A stretch of 64,000 nt of DNA from an uncultured candidate division Zixibacteria bacterium (lineage in GTDB: Bacteria; Zixibacteria; MSB-5A5; UBA10806; 4484-95): positions 32,001-96,000 of the forward strand of contig CAXXKA010000010.1 in the NCBI GenBank assembly GCA_963668625.2, written 5' to 3'. This document shows, piece by piece, positions 39,589-49,188 of the stretch. Position numbers and translations under genes: made by a program. Every line of letters begins with the position of its first letter. Position 1 is the stretch's first letter. The notes beneath the pieces were generated by a model. That model made no database searches, had not been told where the DNA came from, and saw only the letters and a program-made list of their open reading frames with translations.

Positions 39589-40860
39589 TTGCGGTCAAAA
39601 GTGATTGTAGTTGGCGGAGGCGCGGCAGGATTAATCGCCGCCGGACAAGCAGCCCTGGCCGGGGCCGAGGTGATCGTTATAGAAAAGAAACCTCAACCGG
39701 GTTTGAAACTTCGTATTACGGGTAAGGGTAGATGTAATCTCACTAACACGGCGCCATTACCGGAATTTCTGGAGCACTTTAACGCCGGCAATAAATTCCT
39801 GCGCTCATCTTTCAGTCGGTTTTTCTCCTCTGATCTGATAGGCTTTTTTAACGAGATCGGAATCGTAACGAAAATAGAGCGTGGTGGTCGGGTATTCCCG
39901 GAAAATAATGACGCTAAAAAGGTGCTTGATCAACTGATGCTCTGGGCTTGCGAATCCGGCGCGAAAATACAGACGCGTATGAAACTGGAATCATTAGTAA
40001 TAGAGAATAATTGCGTAAGAGGCGCCGAGGTCGTTAAAGTCAGCAGAAATAATGAGACGGTAAAACGGGAAATAAAGGCCGATTCGGTTGTTGTTGCAAC
40101 AGGCGGCGTATCGTACCCCGCAACCGGCTCTACCGGGGATGGCTACATACTGGCCGAGTCGGTAGGACATACGATCATTCCCCCGAGGCCGTCACTGGTA
40201 CCGGTTAAAACAGCCGGTAAGACGGCCGGTAAACTTCAAGGGCTAAGCCTTAAGAACGTTAATGTGAAACTGCTTGTAGATGGCCGAAAGGTCAAAGAGC
40301 AGTTCGGGGAGATGTTATTTACGCATTTCGGTCTTTCCGGGCCGATCATCCTGACACTTAGCAATTTTATAGTCGAGGCGGTGATTGCGGGTCGAAAAGT
40401 ATCGCTCGCTATAGATTTGAAACCGGCGCTCGACAGTGAAAAGCTCGACCAGAGAATTCTCAGGGAACTCGAGGAGAACGGCAAGAAGAAATTCCAGAAC
40501 GTGCTGAAAAGCTTACTGCCTCGTAAGCTGATACCGGTATGCTGCGATCAAACCGGTATCGATCAGGAGATACCCTGCAATCAGCTCAAATCCAAAGCTC
40601 GTAGGGTTCTACTTGAATGGCTCAAAGATTTCAGGTTCGATGTCAATGGTTACCTGGGATTCGAGGAGGCTATAATTACAGCCGGCGGGATCAGTTTGAA
40701 AGAGATCAATCCCAAAACGATGGAGTCCAAAATCGTAGGCGGATTATATTTCGCGGGTGAGGTGCTGGATATAGATGCTGATACCGGCGGGTATAACCTT
40801 CAAGCGGCATTTTCCACCGGTTGGGTAGCGGGAAGAGCCGCGGCCGGTGTCAAAATATGA
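39589..40860 (+). CDS. HI0933/YhiN-family flavoprotein
   Basis: GGGAAG, TGKGRCNLTN, GGVSYP.TGSTGDG, FTHFGLSGP, GGYNLQAA. Confidence 0.92.
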   Translation: MRSKVIVVGGGAAGLIAAGQAALAGAEVIVIEKKPQPGLKLRITGKGRCNLTNTAPLPEFLEHFNAGNKFLRSSFSRFFSSDLIGFFNEIGIVTKIERGGRVFPENNDAKKVLDQLMLWACESGAKIQTRMKLESLVIENNCVRGAEVVKVSRNNETVKREIKADSVVVATGGVSYPATGSTGDGYILAESVGHTIIPPRPSLVPVKTAGKTAGKLQGLSLKNVNVKLLVDGRKVKEQFGEMLFTHFGLSGPIILTLSNFIVEAVIAGRKVSLAIDLKPALDSEKLDQRILRELEENGKKKFQNVLKSLLPRKLIPVCCDQTGIDQEIPCNQLKSKARRVLLEWLKDFRFDVNGYLGFEEAIITAGGISLKEINPKTMESKIVGGLYFAGEVLDIDADTGGYNLQAAFSTGWVAGRAAAGVKI

Positions 40861-40926
40861 TTATCACATTCGAAGTTATAATTTTAAGTAATACGAAATA
40901 TTAAGTTACGAAAAGGAGGAACATTC

Positions 40927-41454
40927 ATGAGTAAAACCGAGGAAAATTTAAAAGCTGCTTTTGCCGGTGAATCGATGGCTCGTAATAAATATACATACTA
41001 CGCCAAGATAGCCAAGAAAGAGGGTTATCATTATATAGCCAGGCTGTTTTTGGAAACCGCCGAAAACGAGAAACGTCACGCTAAGGATGAGTTCGTTCTC
41101 ATGGGCGGATTGGGCGATACCGCCGCTAATCTCAAGGATGCCGTAGAGGGAGAGATGTACGAAACCGTAACCATGTATCCCGAGTTTGCCGAAAAGGCAG
41201 CAGAGGAAGGCAACCATGAGGCGGCCGTGCTATTTCGCCAGATAGCCAAAATCGAGGCGCATCACCAGGAGCGTTACCAGAAATTACTGGAGAGAGTCGA
41301 AAACGGAACAGTTTATAAACGCGAACAACCTATCAAGTGGAAATGCGACGTATGCGGCTATATCCACGAGGGTAAAGAACCGTTGGCGAAATGCCCCTGC
41401 TGCAAGCATCCCCGAGAGCATTTCGAGCCGGCTAATCTCGAGGATGATATCTAG
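40927..41454 (+). CDS. rbr: Rubrerythrin
   Basis: AFAGES.A, ExxH diiron motifs, rubredoxin-like WKCDVCGY..CPCC. Confidence 0.92.
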   Translation: MSKTEENLKAAFAGESMARNKYTYYAKIAKKEGYHYIARLFLETAENEKRHAKDEFVLMGGLGDTAANLKDAVEGEMYETVTMYPEFAEKAAEEGNHEAAVLFRQIAKIEAHHQERYQKLLERVENGTVYKREQPIKWKCDVCGYIHEGKEPLAKCPCCKHPREHFEPANLEDDI

Positions 41455-41490
41455 TCGATTCTACCGTTATTCGCATGAAAGTGTAGTACC

Positions 41491-42117
41491 GTGATTTATT
41501 TTGAAATAGATAGATATATCTCCGAAAGGTTGGATTTAATAGAGGCGATACCGGCCCAGCGCGTAGTTCGTCTCGATCAATTATCGGATTACATTAAGAA
41601 TAAGCGAAGCGATAGCAAACCTGTCCGGATTGTTTTTATCTGTACGCATAATTCCCGGAGAAGTCAGCTGGCTCAGGTGTGGTCGCAAGTGATGGTCGCC
41701 AGATTCAATATTTCTGATGTTGCTATATACTCGGGCGGTACGGAGGCGACAGCGTTTAACATTCGAGCTGTCGAGACATTGAAGCGATGTGGGTTCGCCA
41801 TCAACCGGAATACGGACGATAATAATCCGATATATCAGGTTCTTTTTGATGATAGCCATGACGGTATCGAGGCATTCTCCAAGGTTTACGATCAGGCTCC
41901 GAATCCGAGAGAGGATTTTTGCGCCGTGATGACATGTTCTAGTGCGGATGCCGATTGCCCGGTGGTTATGGGCGCCGATAAACGTATCTCATTACCATAT
42001 GATGATCCGAAAGAATATGATGGTACCGATCGTGAACTTGACGCCTACGAGCAGAGATGCAGCCAGATTTGTATCGAGATGATGTATGTATTCTCGCGAG
42101 TTTCATCGGAAAAATGA
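41491..42117 (+). CDS. LMW-PTP/arsenate reductase (ArsC-like) protein
   Basis: P-loop CTHNSRRSQ, SGGTE, MTC..AD..CP, YDDP. Confidence 0.85.
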   Translation: MIYFEIDRYISERLDLIEAIPAQRVVRLDQLSDYIKNKRSDSKPVRIVFICTHNSRRSQLAQVWSQVMVARFNISDVAIYSGGTEATAFNIRAVETLKRCGFAINRNTDDNNPIYQVLFDDSHDGIEAFSKVYDQAPNPREDFCAVMTCSSADADCPVVMGADKRISLPYDDPKEYDGTDRELDAYEQRCSQICIEMMYVFSRVSSEK

Positions 42118-42135
42118 CTTCATTGTATTAAAATA

Positions 42136-42181
42136 AAACACCAGGCGCGTAGCACCGCACTTGCGGCGACGCCTGGTGTTT
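42136..42181. terminator. Hairpin between convergent genes
   Basis: AAACACCAGGCG...CGCCTGGTGTTT. Confidence 0.6.
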
Positions 42182-42264
42182 ACATTTACGCTCTAACCTG
42201 CTTTATCTCAGTAACCGTCTCTAACGGATTGCGAAGTATCTGATCGGCAGGTATACTGTTTCAA

Positions 42265-42765
42265 TTATTCAGCTGGAGGAGCTCCGGCAGCCCGGCTTTT
42301 GCTTCTTTCAATTGACTGAAGCGCCAGGTAATTATCACCGAACTTCTGCATCGCGTCGATTTCATTGTCGTACTGGTCGTAATGACGTTCCTCGTCCATT
42401 ACTAGATCCTCGAACAGCTTTTTGGTGGCGGAATCCGCATTAGCGGAGCATTCGTTGGCGAACTTATTATACAGCATTACGCTGCTTTCCTCCATCTCCT
42501 TACCTATCTCGAGCATCTTTTTGACATCGTGGATCTTATCGACTTCCTTGGCCGCGACCATCTCTACCTCGCCGCCCAGAAACAGGATTCTATCGGCCAG
42601 ACGTTCAATATGAAGCATCTCCTCGATAGCGGTTTTTTTGAACAGTCCCGCGAGCAGGTCGTAAGCTTGATCATCGCAATGGAAATGGAAATACATGTAT
42701 TGATGGACTGCCGCCAACTCATCGGCGATTGCTTTATTCAACAGTTCCTGGCTTTTTTCGTGCAT
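42265..42765 (-). CDS. bfr: Bacterioferritin
   Basis: EL.A..QY, EEM.H..RL..RILFLGG, EE.H. RBS AAGGAG favours ATG 42765. Confidence 0.88.
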   Translation of the reverse strand: MHEKSQELLNKAIADELAAVHQYMYFHFHCDDQAYDLLAGLFKKTAIEEMLHIERLADRILFLGGEVEMVAAKEVDKIHDVKKMLEIGKEMEESSVMLYNKFANECSANADSATKKLFEDLVMDEERHYDQYDNEIDAMQKFGDNYLALQSIERSKSRAAGAPPAE

Positions 42766-42800
42766 GGTTTTCTCCTTCATGAAATACTAAGTTAACAGCT

Positions 42801-44231
42801 CTAACCGAGTGCTTTCTTTACACCTTTAGCGTAGTCGGGGTCGGCTTTTTCAAAGTGTTTTAGTTGTCTGTCGATGATTTCCTTCGGAACACCCTCCATA
42901 GCTTCTGCGATTGCTTTATGGAGACGATCCTTCTCATCCTTCGGCATTAACCGGTACAGATTTCCCGCCTGGGTGTAATCATCATTGCCCTCGCGATGAT
43001 CGTACCGGTCGGCGTCGCCCTCGATTTTCAAAGGCGGTTCCTTGAATATATTATTTTCAACCGGGCCGTCAAAGCTATTTGGTTCATAATTTACTTCGCC
43101 ATCACCATTACCATCAAAGCGCATGTAGCCGTCTTTATGATAAGTATTTACTTCAACTTTCGGCTTGTTCACTGGTAAGCTCTCGTAATTCACACCAAGT
43201 CTGTAACGGTGGGCATCGGCATACGAGAATATGCGGAACTGGAGCATTTTATCCGGACTGTGGCTGATACCGGGGACCATGTTGGCCGGTGAAAAAGCGG
43301 CTTGCTCGATTTCGGCGAAATAATTTTCGGGATTGCGATTAAGCTCGACTACGCCGACATCGATGAGCGGGAACTCGCTATGAGGCCAGACCTTGGTTAG
43401 ATCGAACGGATTGTATGAGGTGCTTTTTGCCTGCTCCTCGGTCATGACCTGAATTTTCATGTTCCATTTCGGAAAATCGCCTTTCTCGATGGACTCGTAA
43501 AGGTCACGTTGATGGCTTTCACGGTCGCAGCCAATCAATTTGGCCGATTCCTCGCTGGTGATACATTTAATACCCTGAGCGGTTTTAAAATGGAATTTCA
43601 CCCAGAACCTATCGCCTTTATCATTAATGAGGCTGTAGGTATGGCTGCCATAACCGTTTATATTACGGTAGCTTTTGGGTAGACCCCGGTCGGAAAACAG
43701 TATTGTCACCTGATGCAAGCTTTCCGGCGATAGTGACCAGAAATCCCATTGAGCGGTGTTACTGCGAAGGTTGGTCCTGGGATCGCGCTTCTGGGTGTGA
43801 ATGAAATCCGGGAATTTGTAGGCATCACGGATGAAAAACACGGGTGTGTTATTGCCGACCAAATCCCAGTTTCCTTCCTCGGTATAGAATTTCATCGCGA
43901 AACCGCGAACATCGCGTTCGGCGTCCGCCGCGCCGCGTTCTCCGGCCACGGTTGAAAAGCGGAACAAGCACTCTGTCTTGGCGCCTTTTTGAAGAACTTT
44001 GGCTCTGGTATATTTCGAGATATCCCCGGTGATCGTGAGCGTACCGTAAGCTCCGGAGCCCTTGGCGTGAACTATACGTTCGGGAATACGCTCCCGATTG
44101 AAATGAGCGTGCTTTTCGAATAATTGCCAGTCCTGAACCAGAAGCGGTCCGCGCGGTCCGGCAGTTAATGAGTTTTGATTATCCCCGACCGGTATGCCCG
44201 CCGAGGTAGTAAGTTTCTTCTTCTTAGCCAT
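42801..44231 (-). CDS. katA: Monofunctional small-subunit heme catalase
   Basis: [43 protein letters not shown]. Confidence 0.96.
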   Translation of the reverse strand: MAKKKKLTTSAGIPVGDNQNSLTAGPRGPLLVQDWQLFEKHAHFNRERIPERIVHAKGSGAYGTLTITGDISKYTRAKVLQKGAKTECLFRFSTVAGERGAADAERDVRGFAMKFYTEEGNWDLVGNNTPVFFIRDAYKFPDFIHTQKRDPRTNLRSNTAQWDFWSLSPESLHQVTILFSDRGLPKSYRNINGYGSHTYSLINDKGDRFWVKFHFKTAQGIKCITSEESAKLIGCDRESHQRDLYESIEKGDFPKWNMKIQVMTEEQAKSTSYNPFDLTKVWPHSEFPLIDVGVVELNRNPENYFAEIEQAAFSPANMVPGISHSPDKMLQFRIFSYADAHRYRLGVNYESLPVNKPKVEVNTYHKDGYMRFDGNGDGEVNYEPNSFDGPVENNIFKEPPLKIEGDADRYDHREGNDDYTQAGNLYRLMPKDEKDRLHKAIAEAMEGVPKEIIDRQLKHFEKADPDYAKGVKKALG

Positions 44232-44322
44232 TTTCTTATCTCCCTTCTTTTATCTAAAAAAAGAATTGTTCCAAGCTGCGTTGAATAACATTCATGGTTA
44301 TTCTATCTAAATATTTCTAAAG

Positions 44323-44781
44323 CTATTGTTTGCTTTTCAACTCACAATCGTGGCACAAGCCGCGTATCTCGACATGCCTCGATTCGATTTTAGACCAGCC
44401 GCTTATTACGGTCGGTAGCCTCATCTGATCGAAATCAGGCCAATAGAAATCCTCTATTTTATGACACCGGGTGCATATCAAGTGATGGTGAACCGATAAA
44501 TTTATATCAAACCGAGCCGAATTGTCAAACATCTGAACCCGTTTGATCAGGCCGTGTTTCTCAAATGTACTAATTGTACGATATACCGTATCGAGTGAAA
44601 TTGTTTTAAGACGCTCCCGTACCCGGCTGAAAACGTTTTCGGCAGTCGGATGACCAGGAAAATTAGCCATCTCCTGGAATATCTCCGTTCTTTGATGAGT
44701 CAATTTCAAACCCTTTGCCCGGCATACATGTTCGAATCCCTCCATTAACTCATCGATATTTAGCCTGTTTTTATTTGTCAT
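44323..44781 (-). CDS. perR: Fur-family repressor (PerR-like) upstream of catalase
   Basis: LTHQR, HPTAE, SLDTVYRT, HHHLICTRC, C..C; genomic context. Confidence 0.75.
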   Translation of the reverse strand: MTNKNRLNIDELMEGFEHVCRAKGLKLTHQRTEIFQEMANFPGHPTAENVFSRVRERLKTISLDTVYRTISTFEKHGLIKRVQMFDNSARFDINLSVHHHLICTRCHKIEDFYWPDFDQMRLPTVISGWSKIESRHVEIRGLCHDCELKSKQ

Positions 44782-45228
44782 CTTATTCCTATCTACAATA
44801 TAATTCCTATATAATATAAATTATGTAAATAAGGTTTGAATGTCTAGTACTTTTGGATATATTTATCATAAATATACATAGTGGGTAATAAGTAAACGGC
44901 AATAACAGCGTAACAAATGTTTTTACATTCATGTAACTGATATTATAATAATAAGTTATATGGCTAATAATACTATATAGTAATATTCTCGGTCAACAAA
45001 TCGAGAGGAAGCTATCCGGGTGCGCTTTCTCCAACTTTGAAAGAAGTACTAATTGCCTTTCTTGGGCTGGGCAACAATCAGGACAGTATTGGAGTATCTG
45101 AAAGCCTCTGAATTAACCAAACCAATAGGAGGTAACGCGGTCTATTATTGCACAATCGCCATTGTCTTCATCTGAGGTGATGAAATCATACGTTAAGCAA
45201 GGGGGATTGACCTTAAATAGCCGACCAG

Positions 45229-45873
45229 TCAATAAATTATTTGCGCTGCCCAGGTTGCTACCAGTACTACTATACCAAACGCTTTGGTGGCGGTCGGTAT
45301 AAAACCCGGTTGAGGATTGTTAAGCGTGGTGTGGATTTTCATGCCCAGCCAATAGCCGATATTTATTGTCAGAATTGAAAGCGCGGCGGCATACAGCCCG
45401 CTTGTACTGATGTAGCTGAAAAATCCCTGAATACCCCCACAGGCGGAATAGACCTCAGGCCGAAAAGCGGCGTTGAAAGACATCAGAGCGGTATACGAAC
45501 CGAGCGCGATAATGACAGCTCCGGCCGAACGCCAGGCTATATGGGAATCGAACCTGTTTCTCATCAAGCGGTACCCCAGCTCGAAAACCAGGCCGTTGAT
45601 CGTTATGGCCGCGGTTTGGGTTGCCCAACAGACATGGAAATTAGGCGCGAAAGATTTATAAAAAAGAGCCACGAACGCGATCAGTACCGCCGACATCGGG
45701 AAATCCGACAGCTTTTTAGACATGACTAAAACGAGCAAACCGAACGAGAATAAAAACGGCGACTTGTGAGGTACGCCGATAGCCACCAGCATATCCGCTC
45801 CGTAAAGCTCGAAAGCTCCCCAGAGTGAGCCGAATATCAAGACGATCAATATCTTTTCAATAATTTTATTCAT
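45229..45873 (-). CDS. Integral membrane protein, ECF S-component-like
   Basis: About 6 TM helices, GSLWG..E motif, RBS GAAGGA. Confidence 0.5.
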   Translation of the reverse strand: MNKIIEKILIVLIFGSLWGAFELYGADMLVAIGVPHKSPFLFSFGLLVLVMSKKLSDFPMSAVLIAFVALFYKSFAPNFHVCWATQTAAITINGLVFELGYRLMRNRFDSHIAWRSAGAVIIALGSYTALMSFNAAFRPEVYSACGGIQGFFSYISTSGLYAAALSILTINIGYWLGMKIHTTLNNPQPGFIPTATKAFGIVVLVATWAAQIIY

Positions 45874-46061
45874 ATATCCTTCTGCATTAATCCAAGCTTT
45901 CCCTTGAGATATTAAAGAGAATAGTTTTAAGCCAATCAATTTTAAACTTCTAAAAGAAAACATAATGTAATATATTTTGTCAGGCAAGATAATTATTGTC
46001 TCGCGGATGGTTTGCTAAATGTCACAGTAAATCGAATTTACGTATTGTAAATGGGATCATC

Positions 46062-47459
46062 ATGGAACTGATCGTCAAAAACGGCAAAGTGATTACGGAA
46101 TCCGGCATAGCTCGATTGGATATCGGGATCGTAAACGGCATCATTGCTGATATCCGACCGGAACTGGATGAACGGGCGGATGAGGTTATCGATGCTAAAG
46201 GGATGCTGGTTATGCCGGGCGTTATCGATTCCCATGTGCATATGCAGTTGCCGGCGGGAGGTACTGTCTCCTCGGATGATTTTACCAATGGTACTAAAGC
46301 GGCGGCCTGCGGTGGCGTTACTACCATAGTCGATTTCGCCATTCAGGAAAAGGATCGCACTCTGGCAGAGGCTATCGCTTCAAGGCAAAAGGAAGCCGAC
46401 GGACATGTAGCAATAGACTATGCTCTTCACGCGGTACCTACTGACTGGAATACCGGTACTGCGGATGAGATAAAAAATGTCATAGGTAACGGCGTACCTA
46501 CTTTCAAGATATACATGGTGTATGCTAAGCAAGGATTAATGAGTGATGATGCGGGTTTGTTCACCGCTTTAGAACAAACCTCAAAACACGATGGCATGGT
46601 GACCGTGCACGCCGAGTCGCAAACCGTTCTCGATTTGCTTATTGATAGATATCACAAAAAAGATATGATGGCGAAATATGGTGTATATTGCCATGCTCTT
46701 TCTCGTCCCAACTATATCGAGGCCGAGGCGATATCCCGGGCGGTTACCTGGGCGGAGGCCACCGGCGGCAGGCTGTATATCGTTCATCTCTCCACGGCCG
46801 AGGGTGTTGATATTATCAAACAAGCTCGCGAGCGTGGAATATCGGTTCATGCCGAAACATGTCCGCAATATCTGCTTCTGGATGATTCGGTGTTCGGCGG
46901 ACCTGAAGGCTACCTTTATGCCTGCGCTCCGCCGGTACGGAAAAAGAATGATATCGAAAAGTTGTGGCTTGGACTCGCCGAGGGAGATATCGACGTGTTG
47001 GCTACCGATCATTGCCCGTTTACGATTGAGCAAAAATCAGCCTGGTCAGGTGATTTCACTAAAATACCCTGTGGTTTGCCCGGCGTGGAAACGCTGCTAC
47101 CGTTAATCTATACTTTTGGTGTAACAAAAGGCAGGTTTTCCGAGCAACGACTGGCGCGTTTATTGTGCTCCAATCCGGCTCGCTTGATGGGCATATATCC
47201 TAAAAAAGGAGTTTTGATGACAGGCTCGGATGCCGATATCGTGATTTTCGACCCGAACAAGAAAGCAAAACTCTCTCACAGTGATCTTCAAACGAATTGT
47301 GATTGGTCGCCGTATGAAAATTTCGAACTCACCGGTTTTCCCCGGATGACAATTAGCAGGGGTAAAATCGTATCGGAGAACGGAAAGTTTGTCGGCAGCA
47401 CCTCTCATGGCAAATTCATACGGCGTGGTAGAGTCGATTCTCCATTACATGTAAATTAG
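46062..47459 (+). CDS. hydA: Dihydropyrimidinase/hydantoinase
   Basis: PGVIDSHVH, GGVTTIVDF, FKIYM, VHAE, ETCPQYL, TDHCPF. Confidence 0.92.
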   Translation: MELIVKNGKVITESGIARLDIGIVNGIIADIRPELDERADEVIDAKGMLVMPGVIDSHVHMQLPAGGTVSSDDFTNGTKAAACGGVTTIVDFAIQEKDRTLAEAIASRQKEADGHVAIDYALHAVPTDWNTGTADEIKNVIGNGVPTFKIYMVYAKQGLMSDDAGLFTALEQTSKHDGMVTVHAESQTVLDLLIDRYHKKDMMAKYGVYCHALSRPNYIEAEAISRAVTWAEATGGRLYIVHLSTAEGVDIIKQARERGISVHAETCPQYLLLDDSVFGGPEGYLYACAPPVRKKNDIEKLWLGLAEGDIDVLATDHCPFTIEQKSAWSGDFTKIPCGLPGVETLLPLIYTFGVTKGRFSEQRLARLLCSNPARLMGIYPKKGVLMTGSDADIVIFDPNKKAKLSHSDLQTNCDWSPYENFELTGFPRMTISRGKIVSENGKFVGSTSHGKFIRRGRVDSPLHVN

Positions 47460-47596
47460 CTTTTAATGCTAAATTGCCTTGCATTTGCTATACCGAATTT
47501 CGTATTTTACGCAATGCCGCAATATTTTTATAGGTTTTTATTGCCGTTAGCACGACGGTATTTTTCTGGTCTTTTAAAATATGAAAGAGATAAAAC

Positions 47597-48583
47597 ATGT
47601 CAGGTACATTGTATAACCGAGATTTCATAACCACACAGGAGTGGACCAAGGCCGAATTGGATCAGGCCGTAGAATTAGCTAAAGAGCTTAAGGACAAGAA
47701 ATATAATAAAATTCCTCACCGGCTGCTTGTCGATAAAACCGTATTTTTGTTTTTTTTCGATAAATCGACGCGGACACGTAATTCATTCGAGGCCGGTATC
47801 ACCCAACTCGGCGGACATGCTCATTTTATCGAGGCCTCAACTTCTCAGGTGGCCCATGGCGAAAGCCCGAAAGATATGGGTATCATTCTGTCATCCTATG
47901 GTGATGCAATAGCTATCCGTCATGATTTAGTGCCCGGCGAAGGCAATGCTTATATGAGAGAGGTTGCCGAGCACGCCTCGGTGCCTGTTTTCAATATGCA
48001 ATGTGATGTCGATCATCCGTTTCAAACACTGGCCGATTTGATGACTATCAAGGAACGATACGGTAACGATCTGAGCGGTTTGAAAATTGCCGTTAGCTGG
48101 GCGTACGCCCCTAGCTATGCCAAGCCGATGTCGGTACCACAGGGGCTTATCACGCTGATGACCCGCTATGGTATGGATGTCACTCTGGCACATCCGCCGG
48201 AGTTCAAACTGATGAGCGACCAGATTGAGCTGGCAAAGAACAACGCCTCGGAAAACGGCGGGAATTTCGAAATCGTAGATTCGATGGATGCCGCATTTGA
48301 AAAAGCCGATATCGTTTATCCGAAGAGCTGGGGAATCCATGAGCTTTTCGGTAATCCCGAGGAGGCATTGAAAATCGCCGGAAATTATAAGAAATGGATT
48401 TGCGATGATAAGCTAATGTCCGTAACTAAGAAGGATTCCATTTACATGCACTGCTTGCCTGCGGATCGCAATAACGAAGTAACCGACTCGGTTATCGATG
48501 GCTCGCATTCGGTGATATACCAGGAAGCGGAAAACCGCCTGCATACCTGCAAATCGGTAATGGCACTAACGATGGGTGAATGA
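47597..48583 (+). CDS. ygeW: YgeW-like carbamoyltransferase
   Basis: DKSTRT, HGES, QCDVDHPFQTLAD, SWAYAPSYAKPMSVPQ, YPKSW, HCLPADR. Confidence 0.82.
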   Translation: MSGTLYNRDFITTQEWTKAELDQAVELAKELKDKKYNKIPHRLLVDKTVFLFFFDKSTRTRNSFEAGITQLGGHAHFIEASTSQVAHGESPKDMGIILSSYGDAIAIRHDLVPGEGNAYMREVAEHASVPVFNMQCDVDHPFQTLADLMTIKERYGNDLSGLKIAVSWAYAPSYAKPMSVPQGLITLMTRYGMDVTLAHPPEFKLMSDQIELAKNNASENGGNFEIVDSMDAAFEKADIVYPKSWGIHELFGNPEEALKIAGNYKKWICDDKLMSVTKKDSIYMHCLPADRNNEVTDSVIDGSHSVIYQEAENRLHTCKSVMALTMGE

Positions 48584-48593
48584 TCGAATTAGC

Positions 48594-49184
48594 ATGAACG
48601 AGCAAACCTCCAGGATAGCCGCCATTGTACTTGCCGCCGGCGAAGGAAGCAGAATCGGTTGCCCAAAGGCATTGATGGAATACGATGGCAAAAATTTCAC
48701 CCGCATGGTTGTGGAAAATCTTCAAGCCGCGAACTGCGAACCGATAATCGTTGTCGGTGGAGCCGAGGCCGACCGGGTTAAGAAACTCGTCGAAAGTTTG
48801 GACGTTCGATTTTCATTGAACGAGAATTGGCGCAACGGGCAATTCACCTCTCTTAAAGCGGGTGTTTCAAGTTTGAGTGAATATCATGGCGGGGTGCTGA
48901 TGGCGCTGGTCGACCATCCGTTCGTAGCGGGCGGCACCTATGAAGAGCTTATTGATATCGCCTCGAAAAATCCCGATTCGATAATAATACCAGTCATAGG
49001 AAGCAGGAGAGGTCATCCGATAGTAATTCCCGAAATCATTATTCGAGTGATAATAAAAGCGAATGAAAATGTTACTCTTCGCGACATAATAGCCAAACAT
49101 AAGGAACTGGTATTACACCATCCCGTGGAGGATGGAGGTATACTAAAGGATATCGATAGAGTAACGGATTTAGAAAGCGTGTAA
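48594..49184 (+). CDS. Molybdenum cofactor cytidylyltransferase (MocA-like)
   Basis: LAAGEGSR.G.PK, LVDHP, RGHP, DID; located next to Mo-hydroxylase genes. Confidence 0.85.
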   Translation: MNEQTSRIAAIVLAAGEGSRIGCPKALMEYDGKNFTRMVVENLQAANCEPIIVVGGAEADRVKKLVESLDVRFSLNENWRNGQFTSLKAGVSSLSEYHGGVLMALVDHPFVAGGTYEELIDIASKNPDSIIIPVIGSRRGHPIVIPEIIIRVIIKANENVTLRDIIAKHKELVLHHPVEDGGILKDIDRVTDLESV

Positions 49185-49188
49185 AGAT

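Noticed and set aside
44990-45220. Higher-GC intergenic patch, possible riboswitch or gene remnant
   Set aside because: Only a weak hairpin, no recognisable aptamer consensus, and the translations match no family I know.
47460-47596. Possible purine riboswitch upstream of ygeW
   Set aside because: Lacks the conserved purine-aptamer core; looks like an AT-rich promoter region.
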